From an uncultured delta proteobacterium (GTDB lineage Bacteria > Desulfobacterota > Syntrophobacteria > Syntrophobacterales > Syntrophobacteraceae), in NCBI GenBank assembly GCA_963808625.1, contig CAWEHK010000039.1, forward strand, positions 32,001-96,000: a stretch of DNA of 64,000 bases. Direction: 5' to 3'. Below the pieces are notes generated by a model that did not search any database, was not told the origin of the DNA, and worked only from the letters and a program-made list of their open reading frames with translations. Positions 1 to 10,443 of this stretch are shown here, piece after piece (positions within the stretch are counted from its first letter, which is position 1; each line of letters begins with the position of its first letter). Both the position numbers and the translations under genes were made by a program.

Positions 1-389
1 GCAACCAAACCTCCTCGCAGTATTTCTTTGTGACGAGCTTTCGGAGCAAAACCACATCCACTAAAGGGTTGGAAAACCCTCGATCCGGATTTTAAGATGT
101 CGGTGAAGCGATGTCCATATCATACCCAGCGCCCGGTTCCGGATAGCAAACTCCAGGAACTGGTCTGCGTTGCCGGACGCAATCGCCGGTTGGCCATACC
201 GGGGGACCGTGATTGCTCTCCCGGCGCACTCTTGTGAGAGACCGTGCCTCGCGCCCTTGGCGGAATCTCATGTGGTCTGATGCCTGCGCACATGCCCATT
301 GACATCCTCGCGACGTGCATTTACTTGGAGATATCTACCGGATATGCTGGGAACCCATACCATAACATCCATAAACAAGGAGTCAGAGC

Positions 390-842
390 ATGCAGCTTGA
401 AGATTACAGGGCGATCATCTCAATGGCTATCGGCAATGAAATCGCGGCATACGAATTCTATTCCGCGGTTTCCGAGAAGACTGCGGATGCCAACATAAAG
501 GGAGTTTTTCGGCAGCTGGCTCAGGAGGAATTGGGACATCGCCGGTTTCTGGAAGGTTTCCTCTCCAACGTCAGGCCCATGAAGTTTGACGTTTCAAGAG
601 ACTACAAGGTCTCCGAATCGGTTGAAAAACCAAAGCTGTCCATGGCGTTGAAGCCGGCGGACGCGATGGCCCTGGCGATGAAAGAAGAGGAAGAGGCCAT
701 GCTCATGTACGAAGCCCTGGCTGATGCCAGCACCGAACCGGAACAAAAGGCAATGTTCCATTCCCTGGCCAACATGGAAAAATCCCACAAGATCAAACTC
801 GAAGATATCTACACCAACATTGCCTTTGTTGAAGTCTGGTAG
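390..842 (+). CDS. Rubrerythrin/ferritin-like di-iron protein
   Basis: Two E...Y...ExxH half-motifs (NEIAAYEFY/EELGH; EEEAMLMY/MEKSH); RBS AGGAG upstream. Confidence 0.85.
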   Translation: MQLEDYRAIISMAIGNEIAAYEFYSAVSEKTADANIKGVFRQLAQEELGHRRFLEGFLSNVRPMKFDVSRDYKVSESVEKPKLSMALKPADAMALAMKEEEEAMLMYEALADASTEPEQKAMFHSLANMEKSHKIKLEDIYTNIAFVEVW

Positions 843-1065
843 CCAGGCGGGTTCTTTCGCATTCGACGGGGCGCGGCAGGTCAAGTTTCCCCACAGCCCC
901 TCATGTTCCTTCGGGACATCCGAAGACCCGTGAAAAGGGCTGGAACAAACCCGCAGCCCGCAACTTTTCGAACCAGTGCCTGGGAACTGGGGCACGCGTG
1001 TTGCCGGCAGCAATGCAGGCGGTGTCCCAACCGGAATCCCCGGTATCAATGGAAGGCCAGTGCTC

Positions 1066-1792
1066 ATGACGACAAGCCACGACAACTCGCACGAGAAACA
1101 TAAACCTAACCCTGATGTGGTCCTTAAGATCTTGGCTGCAGGCAACGACCGCTTTGTCGCCGGCAAAGCGATCCATCCGCACGCGGGTGCTGGTCGGCTG
1201 GCCCTGGCCGGTAGTTGCGATCAGAAGGACTATGCCTATGCGACGGTGATCAGTTGCTCGGATTCACGGGTACCGGTCGAGTTGATTTTCGATGCGGGCA
1301 TCATGGATCTCTTTGTGATTCGTGTCGCCGGCAACGTCTGCAATACGGACGAAATCGGCTCCATCGAGTATGGCCTGGCGCACGTTAGAACGCCGGTCCT
1401 GGTCGTTCTCGGACACACCCAGTGTGGCGCCGTGACCGAAGTGACGCATACCCTCCAGGGCAAGGGGCACGTGCTCGAACGCAATGTCGCACCGTTGCTC
1501 AAACCGATCATAACGGCCGTCAAACGGGCGATGAGGGGCACGGGGATCTTCAGGGCGAGGAGATCATTCCCTTGGCGATTGAAGAAAATGTCTGGCAAGG
1601 TATCTGGGATCTGTTCCTGCAGAGTCCGGTCACCCGCGATTTGGTCCGAGAGGGACAGCCAGGGTGGCCGGCGCCATCCTCGACGTAGCCACCGGCAAGG
1701 TGAGCTGGCTTGATCACACCAAGGTGGACGAAATCCTTGCACAGGCCGAAGCCTCGCCGGAACGCGCAACCAATCCCTTTGCCGACGGCTGA
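1066..1792 (+). CDS. Beta-class carbonic anhydrase (two apparent frameshifts near 1540 and 1660)
   Basis: SCSDSRVP, IRVAGN and LGHTQCGAV zinc motifs; C-terminus (AIEENV...GAILDVATGKV) continues in other frames to a TGA overlapping the next ATG. Confidence 0.8.
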
Positions 1793-2760
1793 TGACGGAT
1801 ATCGCGGGAGGTCCTTGCCGCACAGGGAACAAGCTGATGGAAGACACGACGCGCCGGGTCATAGAGGCCAGAAATCTCAGGAAGAAATTCGGCGATTTTG
1901 CTGCGGTCGATGGCATTTCTTTCCACCTCCTTTCCGGAGAATGCCTCGGCTTGCTGGGGCCCAACGGCGCCGGAAAGACTTCGACGGTGCGGATGATCTA
2001 TGGCTTTTCGCCGATGACCGGCGGCAAGCTCGAGGTCTTCGGGCTCGATATCCGGACGGACTGGCGCGCCATCAAAGCGCGCATCGGCGTTTGCCAGCAG
2101 GAAAACAACCTCGATCCGGACCTGACGGTTATGCAAAATCTCCAGGTCTTTGCCCGCTACTTCCATATCCCGAAACCCCAGGCCCGGCTTAAGGCCGAAC
2201 AGCTCCTGCACTTCATCGCCCTCGATCAGCGCCGGAACGACACCGTGACCAGCCTCTCCGGCGGGATGATGCGCCGCCTGGTCCTCGCACGGGCGCTGAT
2301 CAACGACCCGGACCTGCTCATTCTTGACGAACCCACCACCGGCCTGGACCCGCAATCCCGCCACCAGGTCTGGGAGCGCCTCCACGAATTGCGCGCCAAC
2401 GGCCTTTCCATCCTTCTCACCACCCATAACATGGATGAAGCCTCGCACCTCTGCGACCGCCTCATTATCATGGACCACGGTAAGATCCTGGTCCAGGGCA
2501 AGCCCGCGTGGCTCATCAGGGAATACGCCGGCCGCGATGTCATCGAAGTCGTCAACCCGAGTGATGAGCTGCGCAGCCTGGTGCGCGCACAGCAGTTCAT
2601 GCACGACGATCTTGAGCGCCGGCTCATCATCTATGGTCAGGAGGGAGAGCAATTGTTTGAACGGATTGGAAGGCGTTTCTGCAGGGAAGACTGCATCATG
2701 CGGATGGCAACGCTGGAAGATGTCTTCTTGCGCCTGACAGGCAGGGAGCTTCGGGAATGA
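1792..2760 (+). CDS. ABC-2 exporter ATP-binding subunit (NodI-like)
   Basis: Walker A GPNGAGKT, LSGGM signature, LILDEPTTGLD; true start may be the ATG at 1837. Confidence 0.9.
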   Translation: MTDIAGGPCRTGNKLMEDTTRRVIEARNLRKKFGDFAAVDGISFHLLSGECLGLLGPNGAGKTSTVRMIYGFSPMTGGKLEVFGLDIRTDWRAIKARIGVCQQENNLDPDLTVMQNLQVFARYFHIPKPQARLKAEQLLHFIALDQRRNDTVTSLSGGMMRRLVLARALINDPDLLILDEPTTGLDPQSRHQVWERLHELRANGLSILLTTHNMDEASHLCDRLIIMDHGKILVQGKPAWLIREYAGRDVIEVVNPSDELRSLVRAQQFMHDDLERRLIIYGQEGEQLFERIGRRFCREDCIMRMATLEDVFLRLTGRELRE

Positions 2761-3548
2761 GGAAACTTCCATCCTTCAAAATCTCCCGGCGGTTCCTTCG
2801 GGTCTGGCAGCGCAATGCCCTCGTTTACCGGAAAATATGGAAAGTCAGCTTCCTTACCCCGCTTCTGGAGCCACTTTTCTATCTGCTGGCCTTCGGCTAT
2901 GGGATGAGCGCTTTCATCGGCAGAGTACCTTTTGAAGGCCGGGAGCTCTCCTATGTCGTCTTCATCACCCCTTCGCTCCTGGCCATCGCGATGATGTACA
3001 ATGCTTTCTTCGAAAATACCTACGCTTCCTTTGTGCGGATGTACTATCAGAAAACCTTTGATGCGATGCTGGCGACCCCGCTCTCGCTGGACGAAGTAAT
3101 TACCGGGGAAATCGTGTGGGGAGCGACCAAATCACTCATTGCCACGGCGATCATGCTCGGCGTGGTGAGTGCTTTTGGGCTGGTGCATTACCCACATGCC
3201 CTGCTGGTCCTGCCGCTTTCCTTCATGGCAGGCATTGCGTTTGGTTCTATCGGGATGTTCTTTACCGGTGTCATCCCGAACATAGAATCCTTTAACCTGC
3301 CGATTTTCCTCTTTATCACCCCGATGTTCCTGTTCAGCGGGACGTTCTTCCCCGTTACGGGACTCCCCGGATGGGCGCAGGATCTGGCCCTGATCTTTCC
3401 CCTCACCCATGCCGTCAACGCCACCCGCCACCTGTGCCTGGGCGAAGTGAGCGCGGAGGTTCTGTGGGCAGTGTGCTATCTCTTGATCTTTTCCCTGGCT
3501 TTCTTCCCGTTGGCGCTGATGGTCATGCAGCGCAGGCTCATTCGATGA
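2757..3548 (+). CDS. ABC-2 type permease (NodJ-like)
   Basis: Six hydrophobic segments, FLFSGTFFP and PLTHAV motifs; overlaps the ATPase stop. Confidence 0.9.
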   Translation: MRKLPSFKISRRFLRVWQRNALVYRKIWKVSFLTPLLEPLFYLLAFGYGMSAFIGRVPFEGRELSYVVFITPSLLAIAMMYNAFFENTYASFVRMYYQKTFDAMLATPLSLDEVITGEIVWGATKSLIATAIMLGVVSAFGLVHYPHALLVLPLSFMAGIAFGSIGMFFTGVIPNIESFNLPIFLFITPMFLFSGTFFPVTGLPGWAQDLALIFPLTHAVNATRHLCLGEVSAEVLWAVCYLLIFSLAFFPLALMVMQRRLIR

Positions 3549-3660
3549 GCCGGTGCGCAGGCTCATCCGCTCATAGCCTATCCACGAAGACACACGAAGA
3601 AGAAGCGAAGTCACTCGAATGAGGAGCTACTAATTCCTTAATAATGAGGGATATGGCGGT

Positions 3661-4653
3661 TCACCGTTCCTGCCTCCACATGCTCGATTGGAGGTAGGTG
3701 GCAAGATTGACGTCGTTGTTGGTGATGCCGAGCTTTCGCCGGATGTGCTCACGGTGACGATTGACGGTCGCGATGGAAACCTTCCGAAGTTCAGCGATCT
3801 CCTTGGTGCGCAGACCATTGCGGATCATATTGCAGATCTTGATCTCGCTCGGGGTCAGGGAATGGTACTCGAAAGACAGGTGTCTGGTGAACGGGGAAGT
3901 CATTTCCTCCAATTGGGTCCTGAGCATCTCGACATACTTTCTCTGCATTTTGGGGAGTTCCCCGGCCAGGGCATGCAGGATCGGCATCAAGACCTTCTCG
4001 ACGTTGGCTTGCACATTTCGGTAAATTTCCTGTTTTTCTTCTTCGATCCGCGCCAATACTGCGCGCAGGGCGACATTGCTTTCCTGTAGGGCCTTCCGCT
4101 CGACGGTGAGCTGCCGGTTGGTCTCCTGCAGTTCCCGCTCGGCCGAAAGCCGCATGGCGATGTGGCTGATCCGTTCCGCAACCGCATCCAGCAAGGCCCG
4201 TTCCTCCCGCAGGAAAGGGCCCTCGTCGATCGGCGGTCGCTCTTCAAGGTAAAACACCGTTACTTCTCCAACGCGTTCATTATAAGCAATGACCGGTGAA
4301 GACTGCCGCCACCTGGTAACCTTGAACGCTTTCGTCTTGAAGGTTTGTTCCTGAAAGATGATGCGCGCACAGGTTATCTCCGGATATTGCCAGGAGGGCG
4401 GAAGCAGGTTTACCAGGTCCTGAAACAGATTGTCGAGGGAATCCGCGTGCCGGTCAGCGACCTGAGAAATTCCATACAAACAGTTCAGCTCCTTAATTCG
4501 CTCGCGGAGGGCAATCAGCACCTTTTCCGGTTCGGTTTCATAGTTCGGGGGAATGCGCCAGAAGGAAGGGAGTTCCATCGGGGATGGCTCTGTTTCGGGA
4601 ATGGGGGCGGGAAGGATTCGGCTGTGTTTTTTAGCGATCGGGCAGCGCTTCAT
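3661..4653 (-). CDS. LuxR/NarL-family HTH transcriptional regulator without a receiver domain
   Basis: C-terminal LTPSEIKICNMIRNGLRTKEIAELRKVSIATVNRHREHIRRKLG; coiled coil and GAF-like N-terminus; start uncertain (4653 or 4578). Confidence 0.85.
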   Translation of the reverse strand: MKRCPIAKKHSRILPAPIPETEPSPMELPSFWRIPPNYETEPEKVLIALRERIKELNCLYGISQVADRHADSLDNLFQDLVNLLPPSWQYPEITCARIIFQEQTFKTKAFKVTRWRQSSPVIAYNERVGEVTVFYLEERPPIDEGPFLREERALLDAVAERISHIAMRLSAERELQETNRQLTVERKALQESNVALRAVLARIEEEKQEIYRNVQANVEKVLMPILHALAGELPKMQRKYVEMLRTQLEEMTSPFTRHLSFEYHSLTPSEIKICNMIRNGLRTKEIAELRKVSIATVNRHREHIRRKLGITNNDVNLATYLQSSMWRQER

Positions 4654-4808
4654 GCGGATTTTCTCCTGGCAATATATAGGCAACAGTTAGGCTTAAATTA
4701 TACCCATAAAAAATAGGTATTTTGGTCTATTCTTATCGTATTTACAGGCTCGACCCTGCCGCATAATTTCCTCGCCGTCAAGATTAAACTTTTCTCAAGG
4801 AGGATCAT

Positions 4809-5309
4809 ATGCCCTTAGCAGCGCTGGATGCCATTTTGGAAGAACGTCGCAGCCAACCCCACCTCCTCATCGAGGTGCTGCAGGATGTACAGGAGCACTT
4901 TGGGTACATCCCGGAGGATGCGATGCTGGCGATTTCGAGAGAGTTGGGAGTGCCTCTCATCGAGGTGTATCGGGTCGCGTCTTTCTATAAAGCCTTTTCG
5001 CTCACCCCCCGCGGCGACAACCTGCTCACCATCTGCACGGGTACGGCTTGTCACGTGCGGCAGGCCAAGCTGCTGCTCAACCAGGCGTGCAGCCAGCTCC
5101 AGGTAACCCCCGGGGGCGTCACGGAAGATCGCCGCTTTTCGGTTGAGCACGTCAATTGCCTGGGCGCTTGCGCCCTGGGGCCCGTTGTCGTGGTCAACGG
5201 GACCTACCATCATCATATGAATCCCGGAAAGCTACGCGGGCTCATTGAAAAAACCGGCAATGGGGAAAAACCTGACAACGGAGGAAGGGAGGAGAAAGTC
5301 AATGGCTAA
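4809..5309 (+). CDS. NuoE/HydC-like [2Fe-2S] subunit
   Basis: CTGTAC...CLGAC cysteines, VASFY motif; RBS AGGAGG. Confidence 0.9.
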   Translation: MPLAALDAILEERRSQPHLLIEVLQDVQEHFGYIPEDAMLAISRELGVPLIEVYRVASFYKAFSLTPRGDNLLTICTGTACHVRQAKLLLNQACSQLQVTPGGVTEDRRFSVEHVNCLGACALGPVVVVNGTYHHHMNPGKLRGLIEKTGNGEKPDNGGREEKVNG

Positions 5310-7156
5310 AATCACCACCACCAAAGACCTTGACTCTCTGCGCCGGCAGCTTCAGAAGGACCGCGAGAAGGTTCGGACCACCATTACGACCTGCGCCGGC
5401 ACCGGTTGTCAAGCCTCCCGGTCCCTGGCAGTGTTCGAAGCGATCAAGCTGGAACTCAGCAAGAACGGGCACCATGCAACGAGCCTCCTGCGCGGTACCG
5501 GATGTCATGGTTTTTGCGAACAGGGGCCCATTATCGTCATTGATCCGGGCAACGTTTTCTACTGCCATGTCACCGCTGAAGACGTCCCGGAAATCTTTTC
5601 CAAAACGATTGCCACCGGGGAGATCGTCGAGCGCCTGCTCTACACGGATCCGGTGTCGGGAAAAAAGGTTCTCAGCGAAGCCGAGATTCCCTTCTACCAG
5701 GCCCAGGACCGTCAGCTCCTGGCCCTGAACCGCCAGGTTGATCCCTGCTCCATCGAGGATTATATTGCCATTGGAGGTTACACGGCGGCGGCCAACATCA
5801 TCGGCAAAATGGCCCCGAAGAAATCATCCAGGAGATCAAAGAGTCGGGGCTGCGCGGTCGCGGCGGCGGCGGGTTCCCCACGGCGCAGCAAATGGCAGGA
5901 ATGCCGCGCCGCAGCCGGGGATGAAAAATATGTCATCTGCAATGCCGACGAAGGCGATCCGGGCGCTTACATGGATCGGTGCGTTCTGGAGGGCAATCCC
6001 CACGTCGTCATCGAGGGGATGATGATCGGGGCCTGGGCGATTGGCGCGCAGAAGGGGTACATCTATGTGCGCAATGAATATCCCCTGGCGGTGAAGCATG
6101 CTCGGCTCGCGGTGGAGCAGGCCCGCGCCCGTGGTCTGCTGGGAGAAAATATTTTGGGAACATCGTTTTCTTTCGACGTGGAAATCGCCCGGGGAGGGGG
6201 CGCATTCGTCTGCGGCGAGTCCACCGCCCTCATGGCTTCCCTCGAAGGGAAAGTAGGCGAGCCGCGTCCCAAGGACGTTCATACCGTCGTCGAAGGGGTC
6301 TGGCATATGCCGACCACCCTGAACAACGTGGAAACCTGGGCGAACGTGCCTGCCATCATGCGCAACGGCGCTGCCTGGTTTGCCGCGAAAGGCACGCAAC
6401 GGAGCAAAGGCACCAAGATTCTGGCCCTGACCGGTCATGTCAAAAATACCGGACTGGTTGAGGTGGCGATGGGTACGTCCCTTGCGCTCGGTGGTTTTTG
6501 ATATCGGCGGGGGGGCAACCGGCGGGAGGGCCATCAAGGCGGTGCAAACCGGGGGTCCTTCAGGGGGCTGTCTGCCGGTCAGCAAATTCGATCTCCCCGT
6601 GGATTTCGATCTGCTCACCGAAGCGGGCTCGATGATCGGGTCCGGTGGTATGGTGGTGATGGACGACAGGACCTGCATGGTCGACGTGGCCAAGTATTTC
6701 TTGACCTTTCTTCAGGATGAATCGTGCGGCAAGTGTGTACCCTGCCGCCTGGGCATTGACCGGATGCTGGAGATCGTCACCGACATCACCGAGGGCCGGG
6801 GGACGCCGGCGCAGATCAACGTCCTCAAGGACCTGGCGGAGACCGTAAAGGAAACATCGCTCTGCGGACTGGGCAAGACCGCTCCCAACCCGGTGCTTTC
6901 AACCTTGCGCTATTTTGCCGAGGAATATGATGTTCATATCCACGACAAACGATGTCCGGCAGGGGTTTGCCAGGCCCTGATCACCTACGCCGTCGATGCC
7001 GAAAAGTGCAACGGCTGCGGCCTCTGCAAGAAGAACTGCCCCAGTAGCGCCATTGAGGGAACGAAGAAACAGCCGCATCGCATCGATACCCTGCTCTGTG
7101 CCAAGTGCGGCATTTGTGCGAGCGAGTGTAAATTTGATGCGATCTCAGTCAATTAA
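5302..7156 (+). CDS. NuoF/HydB-like NADH/FMN-binding Fe-S subunit (frameshifts near 5815, 5885 and 6480)
   Basis: N-terminal CAGTGC...GCHGFCEQGP, GLRGRGGGGFP (shifted frame), NADEGDPGAYM, GGPSGG, ESCGKCVPCR, C-terminal 2x[4Fe-4S]. Confidence 0.9.
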
Positions 7157-7167
7157 AGAGGTGTCCA

Positions 7168-7863
7168 ATGATAGAATATGTCACCGTAAACATTGATGGC
7201 GCCCATGTGCGGGCTCCCAAAGGGACGAGCGTGCTTGACGCCGCCATCGAATATGGAATCTGCATTCCCCACCTGTGCCACGTTCCGACCCTCACCGACG
7301 TTGGCGCCTGTCGTTTGTGCATTGTCGAGCACGTCACAAACGGTCGTTCAAAAGTCACGACTTCATGCACCCTCCATGTCGAAGAAGGGATGGTCATTCG
7401 GAGCAACACTGACAAAATCAAAGGGCTGAGGCGCAACATTGCGGAACTGCTCGTCGCCCAGGCGCCTAACTCGCGGGCCATTCAGGATATTGCCGTCCGC
7501 TGCGGCGTCAAAGAAGTCCGCTATCCCTTCCGGAACGAGAACTGCGTGTTGTGCGGCCGCTGCGTTCGCATCTGTTCCCAGATGTGGCAGGCCAATGCCA
7601 TCGGTTTTGTCGGTCGCGGCAAGGACCGGCACGTGGATTTCCCCCTTGGGACCCGTCCGGAGTCCTGCCGACGCTGCGATTCCTGCATCATGCTCTGCCC
7701 CATGACCATCTCACCCTGTGACGGACCGATGGAACGCGGGAAGGAGCGGCTCTGTGGAAAATGCGAGGCCCAGCTCATGATCACTGAAGAAATGCCGGAC
7801 GCCTGTGTCTTTTGTGAGTTGGGCAAAGGCTTCCAGTGTGGCCGGCAGGCTCTTGGGCAGTAG
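7168..7863 (+). CDS. Short NuoG/HoxU/HydA-N-terminal-like Fe-S subunit with no catalytic domain
   Basis: IPHLC...GACRLC...SC [2Fe-2S]; CVLCGRCVRIC and CRRCDSCIMLCP; Cys-rich tail. Confidence 0.85.
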   Translation: MIEYVTVNIDGAHVRAPKGTSVLDAAIEYGICIPHLCHVPTLTDVGACRLCIVEHVTNGRSKVTTSCTLHVEEGMVIRSNTDKIKGLRRNIAELLVAQAPNSRAIQDIAVRCGVKEVRYPFRNENCVLCGRCVRICSQMWQANAIGFVGRGKDRHVDFPLGTRPESCRRCDSCIMLCPMTISPCDGPMERGKERLCGKCEAQLMITEEMPDACVFCELGKGFQCGRQALGQ

Positions 7864-7910
7864 GCAGTAGGGAGTATGCAGTAGGCAGGAAGCATTAGGC
7901 AGTAGGAAGT
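7856..7910 (+). repeat. Degenerate 7-nt tandem array (TAGGCAG-like) starting at a stop codon
   Basis: ggcagTAGgcagtagggagtatgcagtaggcaggaagcattaggcagtagg. Confidence 0.7.
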
Positions 7911-8089
7911 TGGAATAATGGCATCATGTTATACTTATTCGCGTTAACATCCTTCGTTTCTGCGTTTGCCGCAGGGGTGCGAAGAGCGCAGAGACAGACG
8001 GCCAGTCCAAAAATCGCTGCGTCCTCTGCGTCTCTGCGGTGAGAAAGAAGGAATGACTCTTTAGGGGTATGAGTCACACCGGAGGGAGT

Positions 8090-10163
8090 TCACTCGGGGT
8101 GATGGTCGAGGTTGAAGAGCGAGAAGGGTTTATCGGCCCTGCATTCGCGACAGGTTTGGAGGAGACGGTCAAGGGGCGGTAGTTGGCCTTGGGGACCGTC
8201 GCTGAGATCCAGCAGAAACCATCGAAAGCCGTAGCTTCTCAGGGCAGGAAGATGGTCCAGCCAATTGACCGGGCGGTCCGCATAGGTGAGGGCGGTGCCT
8301 CCTTTTTTTTCGAAGAAATAGGTCTCATCTCGCGGTGTTCGAAAGGGCTTGTGTTCGTCCAGTTTGAGAATGAGGCGCGAGGTGAAGAGCGGGGGCCAGG
8401 AATAGAGCGTAACGATGGGTATGGTGCTGAACGGGCCCTGTTCGAGAAGCCGGAGCTCCTCGCGGGTAATTTCCAGCGAGAGGACGCTCCAGCGGCAGCC
8501 GGCCCGGGCCAGCTCGGCCATGGCGGCAAGGTTCCTCACGTTGAAGCGGTAACCGGAGAAGAGGCTAAGGCCGCGAAGGTCCTCGAACCAATCGAAATGA
8601 CCCCAGTTATTGAGCTCCCACGCGCGAAAATCCCGTTCACAAAACCAGCGCACAGCCAAGCGGTAGTATTGGTCATCCTTCTCGGCGATAAGCGGCGGCA
8701 GCGACCAGGCGAAACGGCTCTTTTGTGAGGCACTGAGCCGCTGTTTGGCGAGGAGTTCGAGGTTCTGACGGGTGGCCGTAAGCATCACCCAGCGGGCAGG
8801 CGAGTCAAAGGCCCGAGCAAGCTCGGCGGCACGCGCCACTTTAATGATCAGGCTTTCGCCTCCCTTGGAGTCGGTGGAGGCAGGGCGCGGCAAGGCCTCA
8901 TAGGCGCGCTCCGGATGAGGGAATTTTCTTCCAAAAGACCGGCCAGCCGGGATTTCGTTGCGGATTTTCTGCCAGGCTCCCCCGGGCGATTTGTCCCTGG
9001 TCCCCACTCTGATCAAACGCTCATCCCGCTGCAGATCAACCTTGCAGGGAAGCCACACTTTCTTCCCGGTACGGCCAAAGGGCAGGGGGGCACCCTCTTC
9101 CGAAAAGAGTTCGCCCACCGTGAAAGCCTGTTTTTCCCTGCTCTCCGAGGATTCCGGGCGGAGTCGGTCCCCCGGCCGCAGTTCGTGGCGCAGGGCTATG
9201 AGGACCCGTTTGCCCTCTATACGTTTGACCGTGCCCACCCATTGGCCGCTCGACCCGGATCGATGCGGCGAAAGGACTTCCGCATTGAAGTTGTCGGCAA
9301 AGTAGCCGGAGGTGAGACGCCGCGAAGGCGCCCGTGCGAGCAATTCCCGGGCTTCGCCGAGGGCTTCTTTCTCGTTTTTCGGAGCGGCATCGAGTACCAG
9401 TCGATAGGCCCGGACGACCTGTGCGATGTAATCGGCGGACTTCATGCGGCCTTCGATCTTGAACGCGGCGATCCGCAACTTCTTCAATTCCGGGACCAAA
9501 GGCAGGGCGCAAAGATCATTGCAGGAAAGGAAAAAGCCTTCGTCTCGCCCCTGTTTGAATTGCAGGCGGCACGGCTGCACACAGCGTCCCTGCAGCCCGC
9601 TGTGCCCGCCGCGAAAGCTGCTGGCCAGGCAGAGCCCCGAATAGGAATAGCAGAGCGCCCCGTGCACAAAAATTTCCAGTTCGACTTTGGTGCGATCGGC
9701 AAGGTCCTTGATTTCATGCAGGTTCAGCTCACGGGCCAAAACCACCCGCCGGGCCCCCATCCGTTCGAGTTGATTTACTCCGGCGTGGTTGTGAATGGTC
9801 ATGAGGGTGCTGGCATGGAGCCTCAAGGACGGGGAAATACTCCCTGACCAGAAAGAAAATCCCCGGGTCCTGCACAATCAGCGCATCGACCTCTAAATCC
9901 GAGAGGGATTGAAGGAGATCGAGGACTCTCGGAAAGTCGGATGCCGTGAGCAGACTGTTCAGGGCCACATAAATCGACACGCTGCGTTTGTGGGCAAAGG
10001 GAAGGAGCACGGCCAACTCGTCCAGGGAGAAGTTCGTTGCGGAGGCCCGGGCGCTCAGTTGCTTCAGCCCGAGATAGATGGCATCGGCGCCATTTTCCAC
10101 CGCCGCCCAAAAGCTTTCCATCTGTCCCGCGGGGGCCAGCAACTCCGGTATGCCTCTGGACAA
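8090..10163 (-). CDS. Peptidase U32 family protein (RlhA-like RNA hydroxylase); frameshift near 9860
   Basis: PELLAPAG, GADAIYLG, LHAST, FVHGALCYSYSGLC, GRCVQPCR, FKIEGRMKS. Confidence 0.85.
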
Positions 10164-10187
10164 CGAACGACCTTCCTTTCCTCCCTT

Positions 10188-10224
10188 CACCCCCCTTTCT
10201 TAAAGGGGGGCAGGGGGGGATTTT
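10188..10224. repeat. REP-like palindrome CCCCCCTTT-CTT-AAAGGGGGG
   Basis: Perfect hairpin followed by CAGGGGGGATTT. Confidence 0.6.
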
Positions 10225-10328
10225 CACGCTTCACAGCTCTGCTCTTGATTGATCACTCCTTCGCCTCTGCTTTCAGTGATTCAGACCGACACTCCAAAGG
10301 AGCGCCTATTCCATACGATGCGTACCAT

Positions 10329-10443
10329 TCTGCTGTTATTCTGTCTTCTGCTTCTGTCTCCTGTCTTCTGACTCCGTCTTCTGTCTTCTGTCTTCTGTCT
10401 TCTGACTCCTGACTTCTGTCTCCTGTCTCTCTGTCTTCTGTCC
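10329..10443 (-). repeat. 7-nt tandem array (AAGACAG/GAGTCAG on minus strand) directly after the purB stop
   Basis: Plus strand reads tctgtct/tctgact/cctgtct units for about 110 nt, abutting the stop at 10444. Confidence 0.85.

Noticed and set aside
4667..4681. Sigma-54 promoter for the nuoE-like operon (TGGCAATATATAGGC)
   Set aside because: Spacing fits but the -12 element lacks TTGC; too weak to call.
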